Shown here: positions 19,010-28,418 of the stretch, one piece after another | Position numbering within the stretch: the first letter of the stretch is position 1 | Layout: each line of letters begins with the position of its first letter | Assembly (NCBI GenBank): GCA_937925475.1 | Contig: CALEWH010000006.1 | Coordinates: forward strand, 15,490 to 79,489 | DNA from: an uncultured Clostridia bacterium | GTDB taxonomy: Bacteria > Bacillota > Clostridia > Christensenellales > UBA1242 | DNA length: 64,000 nt | Direction: 5' to 3' | Position numbers and translations under genes: made by a program | The notes under the pieces: generated by a model | Told to the model about the DNA's origin: nothing | The model's database searches: none | The model's input: only the letters and a program-made list of their open reading frames with translations

Positions 19010-20148
19010 TAGTTTAGATCTCCAAACGCATCGTCACCGTCAAATAGTTGGTCATAATTTGTGTCCATATTTTCAGTAGATGCAAAGTCGTCATTAAGGT
19101 CAAATGAAGGCACAACGCTCTTTGCTTTTACATCTATCTTCCAACCTGTAAGACGAGCAGCAAGTCTAACATTTTGTCCGCTCTTACCTATTGCAAGCGA
19201 CAACTTGTCATCAGGAACTACTGCAAGGCAAGACTTTTCGTTTTGATTAAGCTCGACATGCAAAACAGTCGCTGGGCTTAGGGCTGCTGAAATAAACTCA
19301 ACAGGGTCTTCGTTGTAAAGTACGATATCAATCTTTTCACCATTAAGTTCGTTGACGATAGCGTTTACTCTCATACCTTTGTTTCCGACGCAAGCGCCTA
19401 CACAGTCAAGATTTGGGTTGTTTGAATAAACAGCAAGTTTTGTACGATAGCCTGCTTCTCTTACGATGTTTTTAATTACAACATCACCTGATAGTACTTC
19501 TGGCACTTCAAGTTCGAAAAGTTTTCTTACAAAGTTTGGACTGGTACGAGTAAGTTGGACATAAGGCATATTGTATGACTCTTTGACCGCTCTAACTAGC
19601 ACTTTGATACGACTATTTGGTGTGTATTTCTCGCCCGGAATACGGTCGTTTGGACCAAGAACGCCTTCTACTTGGGTCATTCCCATATCGCAGTAAACAT
19701 TTTCACCTTCCATTCGTCTTACAATAACAGTGATAAGTTCGTCTTGTTTGCTACTTACTTCGTCCATTATTTGTCCGCGTTCTGCTTCTCTTAATCTTTG
19801 CATAACAACTTGTTTTGCAGTTTGGGCAGCAATACGACCAAAGTTTTTAGGAGTTTCTTCTTGCGCTACGACATCTCCTACTTTATAACTTTTCTTAATT
19901 GTTTTTGCTTCGGCAAGACTTATCTCTTTGTCTGGGTCTTCCACTTCGTCTACAATTGTTTTGTAAGAGTAAATCTTGATTGAATTTTTCTCTGGATTAA
20001 GCTTGACCTCTGCACTCTTTGCTTCACCTATGTGTTTTTTATAGGCCGAAGTAAGCGCCGACTCCAATGCTTCTATAAAATACTCTTTGTTTATTCCTTT
20101 TTGCTCTTCCAAATCATTTAATGCTTGAAAAAAATCCTTGTTTATCAT
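19009..20148 (-). CDS. nusA: Transcription termination/antitermination factor NusA
   Basis: 379 aa with NTD, S1 and two KH domains (GACVGNKGMRVNAI, AIGKSGQNVRLAARL). Confidence 0.97.
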   Translation of the reverse strand: MINKDFFQALNDLEEQKGINKEYFIEALESALTSAYKKHIGEAKSAEVKLNPEKNSIKIYSYKTIVDEVEDPDKEISLAEAKTIKKSYKVGDVVAQEETPKNFGRIAAQTAKQVVMQRLREAERGQIMDEVSSKQDELITVIVRRMEGENVYCDMGMTQVEGVLGPNDRIPGEKYTPNSRIKVLVRAVKESYNMPYVQLTRTSPNFVRKLFELEVPEVLSGDVVIKNIVREAGYRTKLAVYSNNPNLDCVGACVGNKGMRVNAIVNELNGEKIDIVLYNEDPVEFISAALSPATVLHVELNQNEKSCLAVVPDDKLSLAIGKSGQNVRLAARLTGWKIDVKAKSVVPSFDLNDDFASTENMDTNYDQLFDGDDAFGDLN

Positions 20149-20160
20149 TTTCCCTTTCTC

Positions 20161-20628
20161 CTAAAATCTAATTACAGGCACTATTTGTGCAATGTTTTTT
20201 CTTTCTATCTTATATACAGTTTCGTTTGATTTTATCTCGACATAGTCTTCCGACCATTTTTCAAGTAGTCCTACCATATTTTTCCCGCCATATTCTTTTT
20301 GTGATTGATAAAACTTAACTTCTATCTCTTTGCCGATATACTTTTCAAATTGATATGGTGTTGTGATAGGTCTATCAAGACCCATTGACGAAACATTAAG
20401 GCTATATGATGCTCCGTTTGTAGGGTCAAGTGCATCAAGTGGTGCATCAAGAGCACGCGAAACACACTCACAATCGTTTATATTTACTCCGCCGTCTTTG
20501 TCAATCACAACTTCAAGCACCATGCCAGTGTTTTGTTTTTTGTATTCGACATCGACAAGCACATAACCTTTTTCTTCAACAATATTTTTTATAGTGTCGA
20601 AGCAAAGGCTCACTACTTTTCCTTTCAT
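20161..20628 (-). CDS. rimP: Ribosome maturation factor RimP
   Basis: 155 aa directly upstream of nusA, with a RimP-like pattern (GYVLVDVEYKK, SSMGLDRP). Confidence 0.9.
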   Translation of the reverse strand: MKGKVVSLCFDTIKNIVEEKGYVLVDVEYKKQNTGMVLEVVIDKDGGVNINDCECVSRALDAPLDALDPTNGASYSLNVSSMGLDRPITTPYQFEKYIGKEIEVKFYQSQKEYGGKNMVGLLEKWSEDYVEIKSNETVYKIERKNIAQIVPVIRF

Positions 20629-20744
20629 AAAAACTCCTTATATAAATTGAAAAGTGGATTTATTAAAAAACCCACTTTAGCATAATTTATTTTAGTTATA
20701 TCTAATATAACATATTATATTAACAAAATCAATAGTTTTTATGA

Positions 20745-22295
20745 CTATTTAGGCGAAACATTGTCGCTAACAAGCAATAAAACTTCGGCAGTAGCGATTG
20801 CATCGTTGATTGCACGGTGGGCATTGTCGAGATTTACGCCCAGTCTTGTGGCAATACTTTTCAAGTTGAATGTCTTTGCACCCTTAACTTCTTTGCGTGC
20901 AAGATACAACGCATCGACTTGACGATTGTTGAACTTGTAGCCCATATGAGTGCCCGCCTTGTTTAAAAATTTGTAGTCGAAATCGATATTGTAAGCGACA
21001 AGCACACAACCATGACAGAACTTGTAAAAGTCTGGGATAATATCGGATATTGGGTGTGCGTCCTTAACCATTGCATTTGTGATGTTTGTGATTTGAGTTA
21101 TCTCACTGCTGATAAGTTCTTTGGGCTTGACAAAACACGAAAAAGTCTCTATCAACTTGCCTTCTCGCACTTTGACCGCACCTATTTCGATAATCTCGCA
21201 TGTTTGATAATCAAGTCCAGTGGTTTCGAAGTCGAACACAACCACATCGTTTTGTTTTAAAAACTCGTTTACTGGTCGCTCAACCATCAAAAAGTTTTCT
21301 TGTGTAGGATTGATATATGGCTCGGGTTTTACAAAAACATAACTACTTGGACATGTCTTTTCTTTTACTTCTTTTTCTTTAATTTGTGGCAAAGTACACT
21401 CGCTTATGCCCTTTACTCGCACACTCAAATTGTTGTTGTAGGACTCAACACTGCCCACAATAACTATATTGTCACCATCACCAACTTCTTCTATTTTTTC
21501 ACCATCATTTTTAGACGGAAAATATGTACAGTTTATGGTGCTATCGTCATATTTTAGAGCAAACTTGTAAAAATATCTTTCTTCACCATTGGGATTGGTT
21601 TTGGTCTTTTTCAAATATGATTTTTTCAAAAAGTAGTTTACGACACCGCCGACTTCGACATGTTCCATTTCAGTAGAAATAGCCTTTATCGGCAAAACAG
21701 CATTTGCTATTTCTGGCCCGAAAAGATGTTTTACATTTTCGACCTTGTACTCACTGTACACAGGCATTTCTTCGTAGTATTGTTCTTCAATTTCTCTTTC
21801 TTTTTCTGCCAAAATATCGTTTGCATTTACGCCCGCACTTTCACTTAACAAAACTTTAAACGATGCAAAAAAGTATTTTTCACACTCTGTTTCGATTTTG
21901 CGTGCAATATTTTGCGACATATAGTGGTCATACAAATCTTTTTTCAAAAGAATAGTGACAAGCACATTGTTGTTTTCGATAGAAACATCAATGTCTTTCT
22001 TTTCAAAACCTAGCACACTAGCGTCCCCGCTAAACACACGATAAACAAGATTTTTGATAGCGTCTTCGTCAAGATAGGATTTTGAAAGTTTGACTTCGAC
22101 ATCGATTTCGTCTTTATAAAACCGCTTTATAAGGGCGATTATTTCATCTTTATTTTTTTGATAAAGAGCAGGATAATCGTACACAAATCTGAAAGTATTT
22201 ACATTTCTCTCTTTATCATAAACAACACCTACAAGTTTTAACTTCCTGTAAGTGTTGTTGGTTTGTTTATTAATATACTCTAAAAGTTCGTCCAT
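20745..22295 (-). CDS. PolC-like N-terminal domain + OB fold + DEDDh 3'-5' exonuclease; no PHP or polymerase domains
   Basis: 516 aa. The C-terminal part has Exo I VVFDFETTGL, Exo II VAYNIDFDYKFL and Exo III HRAINDAIATAEVL. The middle part VGGVVNYFLKK...NNLSVRVKGISE resembles the PolC OB insert. The N-terminal 200 aa are PolC-NTD-like. The gene sits where polC lies in Bacillus and Clostridium. Confidence 0.8.
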   Translation of the reverse strand: MDELLEYINKQTNNTYRKLKLVGVVYDKERNVNTFRFVYDYPALYQKNKDEIIALIKRFYKDEIDVEVKLSKSYLDEDAIKNLVYRVFSGDASVLGFEKKDIDVSIENNNVLVTILLKKDLYDHYMSQNIARKIETECEKYFFASFKVLLSESAGVNANDILAEKEREIEEQYYEEMPVYSEYKVENVKHLFGPEIANAVLPIKAISTEMEHVEVGGVVNYFLKKSYLKKTKTNPNGEERYFYKFALKYDDSTINCTYFPSKNDGEKIEEVGDGDNIVIVGSVESYNNNLSVRVKGISECTLPQIKEKEVKEKTCPSSYVFVKPEPYINPTQENFLMVERPVNEFLKQNDVVVFDFETTGLDYQTCEIIEIGAVKVREGKLIETFSCFVKPKELISSEITQITNITNAMVKDAHPISDIIPDFYKFCHGCVLVAYNIDFDYKFLNKAGTHMGYKFNNRQVDALYLARKEVKGAKTFNLKSIATRLGVNLDNAHRAINDAIATAEVLLLVSDNVSPK

Positions 22296-22300
22296 AGTAT

Positions 22301-23404
22301 TTACCTAAAAACCACCATTTGTAAAAAGTCGACCAGTATAACAAAAGCAAAAAGCACAATAATCCCCACTGTGTGTATTTTCGCTTCGATGTCCTTATTA
22401 ACTGGCTTATGTCTAATCGCTTCGATTAGCACAAACACGATTCTTGCACCATCGAGAGCGGGGATTGGAAGCAGATTAAACACAGCAAGATTGACAGCAA
22501 TAAGTGGAATTAGAAGTAGCAGATTAAGCATACTTTGGCTACTTGCCTTAGCTATTTGCGTAACAGTCGTAATCGGCCCGCCAATATCTCGAAGTCCATA
22601 CTGACCGATGAGAAGTTTGCCAAGGATAACAAGGCACTCCCAAGCAAGTTCGAAAGCAAACGGAACCGCTTTAAGAAGCGATTTTCCAAATGAATAGTTG
22701 TGGTATGCAGTGGTCACGCCAATTTGGTATCCGGTGACAGGAGTGCCATCGTCGTTTGTGATAACAACGCCGTTTTCGTCTGTCAATTCGACCAATTTTT
22801 TGTAAACTGGCACTTCAATGGTTTGTTTTTTGCCATCAACCACACGCTCGACAGTAAGAACTATCTTTGTAGTGTCGTCGTTTACCTTTGAAGTAAGTCC
22901 ACGAAAACCGCCGTTTAGAAAGGTCGATTTTTTCCCATCAATGCGAGTAACAACATCGCCCACTCTAAGGTCGTTTGTATTCCCCGGCGTAACACTTGTA
23001 ATCTCCGATTGTCCGCTTCCCACAACAGAAAGCAAAATTACACAAAAAAGTATTGCAGACAAGAAATTGAACAATGCCCCGCTAGCAAGCACGATAACGC
23101 GTTTCCACCACGCTTGATTATTGAAAGCATTTGGGTCGGTGTCTTCTTCGTCTTCGCCAAAAGCACAATAGCCACCAAGTGGAATAAGTCTTATCGCAAA
23201 AACTTCGCCATTTTTCTTGGTTTTCTTAAACAGAGCCTTGCCAAAGCCTATGGAGAACTCGTAAATTTTAAATTTGAAAATTTTTCCTGCGGTATAGTGA
23301 CCAAATTCGTGCACAGTAATCATAAACATCAAAATTACGATAGCAAGCACGATGTAAAGAAAACTCATCATAACCGAAGAGAAACTGCCTAACAATGATA
23401 TCAA
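22301..23404 (-). CDS. rseP: Site-2 (M50) zinc metalloprotease RseP/RasP
   Basis: 367 aa with the HEFGHY zinc motif, a PDZ domain and the NLLPIPALDG motif. The start is TTG with AGGAG 8 nt upstream. Confidence 0.9.
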   Translation of the reverse strand: MISLLGSFSSVMMSFLYIVLAIVILMFMITVHEFGHYTAGKIFKFKIYEFSIGFGKALFKKTKKNGEVFAIRLIPLGGYCAFGEDEEDTDPNAFNNQAWWKRVIVLASGALFNFLSAILFCVILLSVVGSGQSEITSVTPGNTNDLRVGDVVTRIDGKKSTFLNGGFRGLTSKVNDDTTKIVLTVERVVDGKKQTIEVPVYKKLVELTDENGVVITNDDGTPVTGYQIGVTTAYHNYSFGKSLLKAVPFAFELAWECLVILGKLLIGQYGLRDIGGPITTVTQIAKASSQSMLNLLLLIPLIAVNLAVFNLLPIPALDGARIVFVLIEAIRHKPVNKDIEAKIHTVGIIVLFAFVILVDFLQMVVFR

Positions 23405-23414
23405 AACACTACTC

Positions 23415-24362
23415 CTAAATTAGAAATAACATAAAAATTAATACAAAGAATGAGTTGAAGATAAGAGCGTCTACTCTATCCATAACCCCGCCATGACCAG
23501 GGAAAATAGTTCCGTAGTCCTTAACGCGTGCATGGCGTTTGAGAGCGCTGGCAAAAAGGTCTCCAAATTGACTAATAACAGACCCTAGTATGCCTAGAAC
23601 TACTATATGCCAAACTTGTCCACCAATAGCACTAAAAGCCACAACAAACGACTTGTTAGTGATAAAAATTAGATATAGTAGCAATGCGCTAACCACACCA
23701 CCAAATAGTCCACCTACGCTACCACTAATGGTTTTGTTTGGACTAATGCGCGGACAAAGTTTTGGCCCACGAAGCGAACTTCCTACAAGATATGCAAAGG
23801 TGTCAGTACAAATTGTGCACACCACAGCAAGAAGTAACACAAACAAAGTAAGATTCTTTGTATCACTCTCAATAGCGATAAGGTTAGGTAGTTCGGACAA
23901 GTGGTTTAACATTATTAGCGACATAAATAGTAGGCTTGGATAAAACACCAAAAACAATGTATTAAAGCCCTTTTCATAAGCATATGACGACCTTTTAACA
24001 CCGCTCAAACCATATTTTTCCATTTCAGCATCAGTGGTCTTTTTCATAAGTAGTGTAATCAAAAATACTACAAAGAAATATAGAATAATCACACCAAGAA
24101 GTGCCACCATATAATATTGCCAAGTAAGTTGTTTTTTAATAAGAACTATACACGCAATATACATCACCGCAGGGATACTGCCAGCGACCGCAATGTGCGG
24201 ATATCTTTTAAAGCGTTCCATTACGCGCGCAACTTCTACACAGCCCATAACTGCAAGACCCGCGAAAAGCAAGTCAAACACATAAAGTGTAAGCGCTCTT
24301 GACACAAACGCAAGCACAAGTGCAAGCGTAATAAAAACACTAGTTATTAGTCTTTTTTTCAT
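23415..24362 (-). CDS. cdsA: Phosphatidate cytidylyltransferase
   Basis: 315-aa polytopic protein with the C-terminal signature SQFGDLFASALKRHARVKDYGTIFPGHGGVMDRVD. Confidence 0.9.
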   Translation of the reverse strand: MKKRLITSVFITLALVLAFVSRALTLYVFDLLFAGLAVMGCVEVARVMERFKRYPHIAVAGSIPAVMYIACIVLIKKQLTWQYYMVALLGVIILYFFVVFLITLLMKKTTDAEMEKYGLSGVKRSSYAYEKGFNTLFLVFYPSLLFMSLIMLNHLSELPNLIAIESDTKNLTLFVLLLAVVCTICTDTFAYLVGSSLRGPKLCPRISPNKTISGSVGGLFGGVVSALLLYLIFITNKSFVVAFSAIGGQVWHIVVLGILGSVISQFGDLFASALKRHARVKDYGTIFPGHGGVMDRVDALIFNSFFVLIFMLFLI

Positions 24363-25074
24363 TTTTATCTTCCTTTATCGCACCAAAACGGCGATTTCTT
24401 TTGTTATAACTTTTTAATGCTTTGTAAAGTTGTTTTTTGTGAAAATCCGGCCAAAGAGTATGTGGAAAATACAACTCGCTGTACGCCATTTGCCACAACA
24501 TAAAGTTGCTTATTCGAAGTTCGCCACTAGTGCGCACGACAAAGTCTGGATATGGCAAACCCGCTGTATACAAGTGGTTTTCAAAGACCTTTTTGTCGAC
24601 ACTGCTAATGCCTTCTTGCACGATACTATTTACTGCCCTTAATATGTCGTCATGACCACCATAGTTTATGCCCATATTGAGTATCATCTTGTCGTTTTTG
24701 CTAGTCGCTTCTATCATACGATTTGTATTGTCGACCAGATTGTCAGGAAACTTTGTGTAGTCGCCCATTATCCTTACTTTGATGCCCATTCGATTAAACT
24801 TTGCTTGCTTTTCATCGTCGAAAAAGTTTGCAAAAAGTTCAAATAGTCCATCAAGTTCGGGCTGTGGTCTGTTCCAGTTTTCTGTGGAAAACCCAAACAC
24901 GCTCACAACACCAATGTTTAGTCGGGCACACTCGTCGATTATCTCTTCTAAGGTCTTCACCCCTGCCCTATGCCCAAACATCCTTGGCAGTCCGCGTTTT
25001 TTTGCCCACCTTCCATTTCCGTCAATTATAAATGCAATATGTTTTGGCAATTTTTCAAATTTAGTCATACTCAC
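24340..25074 (-). CDS. uppS: Undecaprenyl diphosphate synthase
   Basis: 244 aa with HIAFIIDGNGRWA and DFVVRTSGELRISNFMLWQ. Confidence 0.95.
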   Translation of the reverse strand: MSMTKFEKLPKHIAFIIDGNGRWAKKRGLPRMFGHRAGVKTLEEIIDECARLNIGVVSVFGFSTENWNRPQPELDGLFELFANFFDDEKQAKFNRMGIKVRIMGDYTKFPDNLVDNTNRMIEATSKNDKMILNMGINYGGHDDILRAVNSIVQEGISSVDKKVFENHLYTAGLPYPDFVVRTSGELRISNFMLWQMAYSELYFPHTLWPDFHKKQLYKALKSYNKRNRRFGAIKEDKNEKKTNN

Positions 25075-25124
25075 TCCACTTTTTTATTTGCCGTCTTTCG
25101 TATATTGAGCACAACTATGCGCCT

Positions 25125-25694
25125 TTACACTTCCATTATGTCTTTTACTTTATTTGCACAAAGTTTGTCTATTTTTGCAATGTTGTCGTCAATAGTCTTT
25201 TGTACATCTTTTTCTAGTCTGTCATAATCGTCTTCGGTGATGTCCGAATTTTTCTTCATTGTCTTAAACGCATCAAGTGTATCACGACGCGCATTTCTTA
25301 CGACAACTTTTGTGCTCTCAGTAAGTTTGTTTACTTCTTTGCAAAGTTCTTTACGGCGTTCCTCTGTAAGTTGGGGGAATACAAGTCTTATGACTCTTCC
25401 ATCATCACTAGGATTTACACCAAGATTGGCAGACTCAATCGCTTTGGACACATTTTTAAGTTGGGATATATCCCACACACTTACTAGCACCATTCGCGCT
25501 TCTGGCACACTTACTGTCGCCATTTGACTTATAGGTGTCATTGTTCCATAATAGTCCACCATAACTCTCTCAACTATGCGCGGATTGGCTCTGCCCGCCC
25601 TTATTTGCAACAACTCGTCACAATAATGGTCGATTGATTTGTCAATCATTCCTTTCATATCGTCTAAATATAATTCTACTTCTTCGTTGTACAT
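25125..25694 (-). CDS. frr: Ribosome recycling factor
   Basis: ORF 25125..25703 (start codon GTG) trimmed to ATG 25694, which has an AAGGTGGG RBS. The sequence is RRF-like (LQIRAGRANP, FPQLTEERRKEL). Confidence 0.95.
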   Translation of the reverse strand: MYNEEVELYLDDMKGMIDKSIDHYCDELLQIRAGRANPRIVERVMVDYYGTMTPISQMATVSVPEARMVLVSVWDISQLKNVSKAIESANLGVNPSDDGRVIRLVFPQLTEERRKELCKEVNKLTESTKVVVRNARRDTLDAFKTMKKNSDITEDDYDRLEKDVQKTIDDNIAKIDKLCANKVKDIMEV

Positions 25695-25724
25695 ACTTCC
25701 CACCTTAATATAAATATATAATAT

Positions 25725-25753
25725 ATATTACTAAATAAAGTTACAATTAGCAA
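25725..25753 (-). promoter_or_regulatory. Possible sigma-A promoter of frr
   Basis: Reverse strand reads TTGCTA (25753..25748), a 17-nt spacer, then TAATAT (25730..25725). Confidence 0.4.
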
Positions 25754-25802
25754 ATAATTAATCCACAAAAGTCCCACGACCTTACATTTTTTTACATAAA
25801 AA

Positions 25803-25830
25803 TAAAAAAGACCTTGTATTAGGTCTTTTT
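25803..25830 (-). terminator. Rho-independent terminator of the orphan 529-aa gene
   Basis: Reverse strand reads AAGACCU-aauaca-AGGUCUU followed by UUUUAUU. It lies 10 nt after the stop. Confidence 0.7.
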
Positions 25831-25839
25831 CAATAATTG

Positions 25840-27429
25840 CTATGCAGGATACTTATTTGCAAAATCAAAAATATTAATTACTACTCGATACATTTGCGAT
25901 TCTTGAGTAAACAATATGCTAATAGAGTATGTAGGTTCACAATAATCTCCACTATAATTATCAACCGAATAGTTTGTATTATCGTATTTAAAATATGATT
26001 CTTCAGTATCAACTTCAGTGTTAAAATTATATGTATTAATCAACAAGCTTGAGTAAGTATCATTAGAAAATTGTTTTTTATACTCAGTTTGCCTATTAAT
26101 CATGGCTTCTACTGCCTTTTTTACATAATCCAAATAAGCTTGTGTCTTTGTTGATACAATAGTTTCGTCTACACCAAGCTCTTCTACAGTATAAATATCG
26201 ATATTACTACTTTGGAATTCGGCCAATGTATAAGCATTAACTTTTGTTTTAATAGCGTTTAAAAATCTAGCATCTAAAGAAGCAAAATCTTCCTCAATAA
26301 CTGCGCAATAAAATTTTTCGTCACTATCACTATAACTATGAACAAATCTGTTTGTAAATATCAACGCTTTGTTCTCTATTAAAGCTTTTGCATTTTTAGA
26401 CAATTCTACAAAATTTTTGATATCAGTTTTACTTTCTTTGAAAACTTCAAAACCTCTAACTTTTGTCTTGTAATCATTAAACAATTCAGCTATTTTTGAA
26501 TCTTTATTATCACCAGTATACTTTGATTCTATATAATCACTACTTATAAAATTTAAGTTATTTATATTATCAGTAACATTACCTTTGGCTATGTATTGTA
26601 AACTGTTGTCATATGATGATTTTACATCACTAAAATTAAGATTGTTGTTAATAAATTTTTCATATAAATTGTTTGCTTCAACTAATGTATTTGCAACATG
26701 ATTATAATTAAGATCATAAAACTCGTTAGTTTTAAAATTATAACTAATTGCACCCATATTTAAAATATATACCGAGTCTTCTGCTTCACTATCATTAGGA
26801 TAAACCAATCCTGACAATAATGCTATACTAAGAACATTTTCATTAGTATCATCCAATTCTACGATAAACTTTGTGTTACTCTTAATGTAGTCTTCATAAG
26901 GCTTAACACCATAACAATTTTTGTAATCTTTATCATATCCTTGTTCAAGCACTAAGTAATTATTTTTATAGTAAACCGACCCGAATACTCTATCTTCAGA
27001 AGTTTCGATAGTATCGCCATATGTATAAGCATATGTTTTACCCAACTCCATCTTGTCGTTTCCTGTAAGAGACAAGATACCATTTAACATTCCAAATGGA
27101 TATAAAATATTGTCGTCAATTTCTGTAAAAAATTTTTCACATGACATAGCAAAACTATATTCTACTCCATCTCTTGGATAATCAAAATACGACAAAGATG
27201 AAGAAGTAATAGTGTTGTTTACTGCGCCTTGACCATTAAGCGCCTTAGCCAACTTTGCATTTGCACTTACATATTTGTCATTTGCTTGTTCTACAAGAGA
27301 AGCTACTTTTTCTATAGTTAAATCTTTTCCTTTATCTTTACCCTTTATTATTGTATAAACGGTAAAACCAGCAACTGCTAAAAACAAAACAGTTAGTATT
27401 ACAGCTAAAATCTTTTTACTTTTACTCAT
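25840..27429 (-). CDS. Orphan membrane-anchored protein, N/D/Y/K-rich, no recognisable domain
   Basis: 529-aa ORF with an N-terminal signal-anchor (KILAVILTVLFLAVAGFTVYTII), a GGAGG RBS, and its own promoter and terminator. It is visibly more AT-rich than its neighbours. Confidence 0.8.
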   Translation of the reverse strand: MSKSKKILAVILTVLFLAVAGFTVYTIIKGKDKGKDLTIEKVASLVEQANDKYVSANAKLAKALNGQGAVNNTITSSSLSYFDYPRDGVEYSFAMSCEKFFTEIDDNILYPFGMLNGILSLTGNDKMELGKTYAYTYGDTIETSEDRVFGSVYYKNNYLVLEQGYDKDYKNCYGVKPYEDYIKSNTKFIVELDDTNENVLSIALLSGLVYPNDSEAEDSVYILNMGAISYNFKTNEFYDLNYNHVANTLVEANNLYEKFINNNLNFSDVKSSYDNSLQYIAKGNVTDNINNLNFISSDYIESKYTGDNKDSKIAELFNDYKTKVRGFEVFKESKTDIKNFVELSKNAKALIENKALIFTNRFVHSYSDSDEKFYCAVIEEDFASLDARFLNAIKTKVNAYTLAEFQSSNIDIYTVEELGVDETIVSTKTQAYLDYVKKAVEAMINRQTEYKKQFSNDTYSSLLINTYNFNTEVDTEESYFKYDNTNYSVDNYSGDYCEPTYSISILFTQESQMYRVVINIFDFANKYPA

Positions 27430-27449
27430 TTGTAACCTCCATTTTTAAA

Positions 27450-27478
27450 ATGATAGTATTTCTATATTTTTTTGTCAA
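27450..27478 (-). promoter_or_regulatory. Sigma-A promoter of the orphan gene
   Basis: Reverse strand reads TTGACA (27478..27473), a 17-nt spacer, then TATCAT (27455..27450). A GGAGG RBS and ATG 27429 follow. Confidence 0.55.
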
Positions 27479-27654
27479 ATTAAAATGGCAATAAATGTAA
27501 TAGTTTAATGTTTTTTGTAGAATCAAAAGTGATAAAGCAATTAATATACTCTACTTAGTGCTTAGTGTACGGCCAGTGTGTGACAAGTCCTTAATCTACT
27601 CACAAGTTTATAAGTTGTTGATGCAAAATGGCAAGAAACCAGCTAGACAAGGAA

Positions 27655-27706
27655 AATAAAAAAATCAATGCAGACAAATAATTGTGCGTGACTGCATTGA
27701 TTTTTT
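27655..27706 (-). terminator. Terminator of tsf (symmetrical flanks, could act in both directions)
   Basis: The 10-bp stem ATCAATGCAG / CTGCATTGAT (27664..27673 and 27692..27701) has an 18-nt loop and is flanked by an A-run and a T-run. Confidence 0.6.
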
Positions 27707-27755
27707 ATAATGATTTTATAATGACGCCATAACTTGACGCATATATTTTTTTAGA

Positions 27756-28400
27756 CTATTTTGTTTGAGCCATAACTTCTTCTACAAAGTTGTCACTACG
27801 CTTAACAAGTCCTTCACCCATCTCATAACGAGTAAATCTTCTGATTGTGATTTTCTCGCCGATAGTAAGAATAGCATCGTTTAGAAGAGCTGTAATAGTT
27901 TTGTCTGGCTCTTTAACATATGCTTGGTCAAGAAGACAGTTGTCTTCGTAGAATTTCTTAATACGACCTTCAACCATTTTCTCGATAATTTTTTCTGGTT
28001 TGCCTTCATTTAGGGCTTGTGCTTTAAGGATTTCTTTTTCGTGTTCTAGCACATTTGCAGGAACTTCGTCACGGCTTACATACTCAGGGCGAGCAGCGGC
28101 GATTTGAAGAGCAATGTTTTTGCAGAACTCCAAAAATTTGTCTGATTTTGCTACGAAGTCTGTTTCGCAGTTTACTTCAAGCAAAACGCCTATTTTTCCA
28201 CCCATATGGATGTACGAATATACTACACCTTCTGCGGCGATACGGTCAGCCTTTTTAGCAGCAGCGGCAATACCTTTTTCTCTCAACCATTCGGTCGCTT
28301 TATCAAGGTCGCCATCAGTCGCTACAAGTGCTTTTTTGCAGTCCATAATACCTGCGTTGGTGCGTTTTCTCAATTTAACAATGTCGTCAGTTGTAAACAT
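27756..28400 (-). CDS. tsf: Elongation factor Ts (short form)
   Basis: 214 aa with a UBA-like N-terminus ([19 protein letters not shown]) and an AAGGAG RBS. Confidence 0.95.
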   Translation of the reverse strand: MFTTDDIVKLRKRTNAGIMDCKKALVATDGDLDKATEWLREKGIAAAAKKADRIAAEGVVYSYIHMGGKIGVLLEVNCETDFVAKSDKFLEFCKNIALQIAAARPEYVSRDEVPANVLEHEKEILKAQALNEGKPEKIIEKMVEGRIKKFYEDNCLLDQAYVKEPDKTITALLNDAILTIGEKITIRRFTRYEMGEGLVKRSDNFVEEVMAQTK

Positions 28401-28418
28401 ATACTATCTCCTTAAAAA

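Noticed and set aside
20651-20678. Hairpin AAAGTGG-(14 nt)-CCACTTT between the PolC-like gene and rimP.
   Set aside because: The loop is large and the following U-tract is interrupted (UCAAUUU). It is too weak to call as a terminator.
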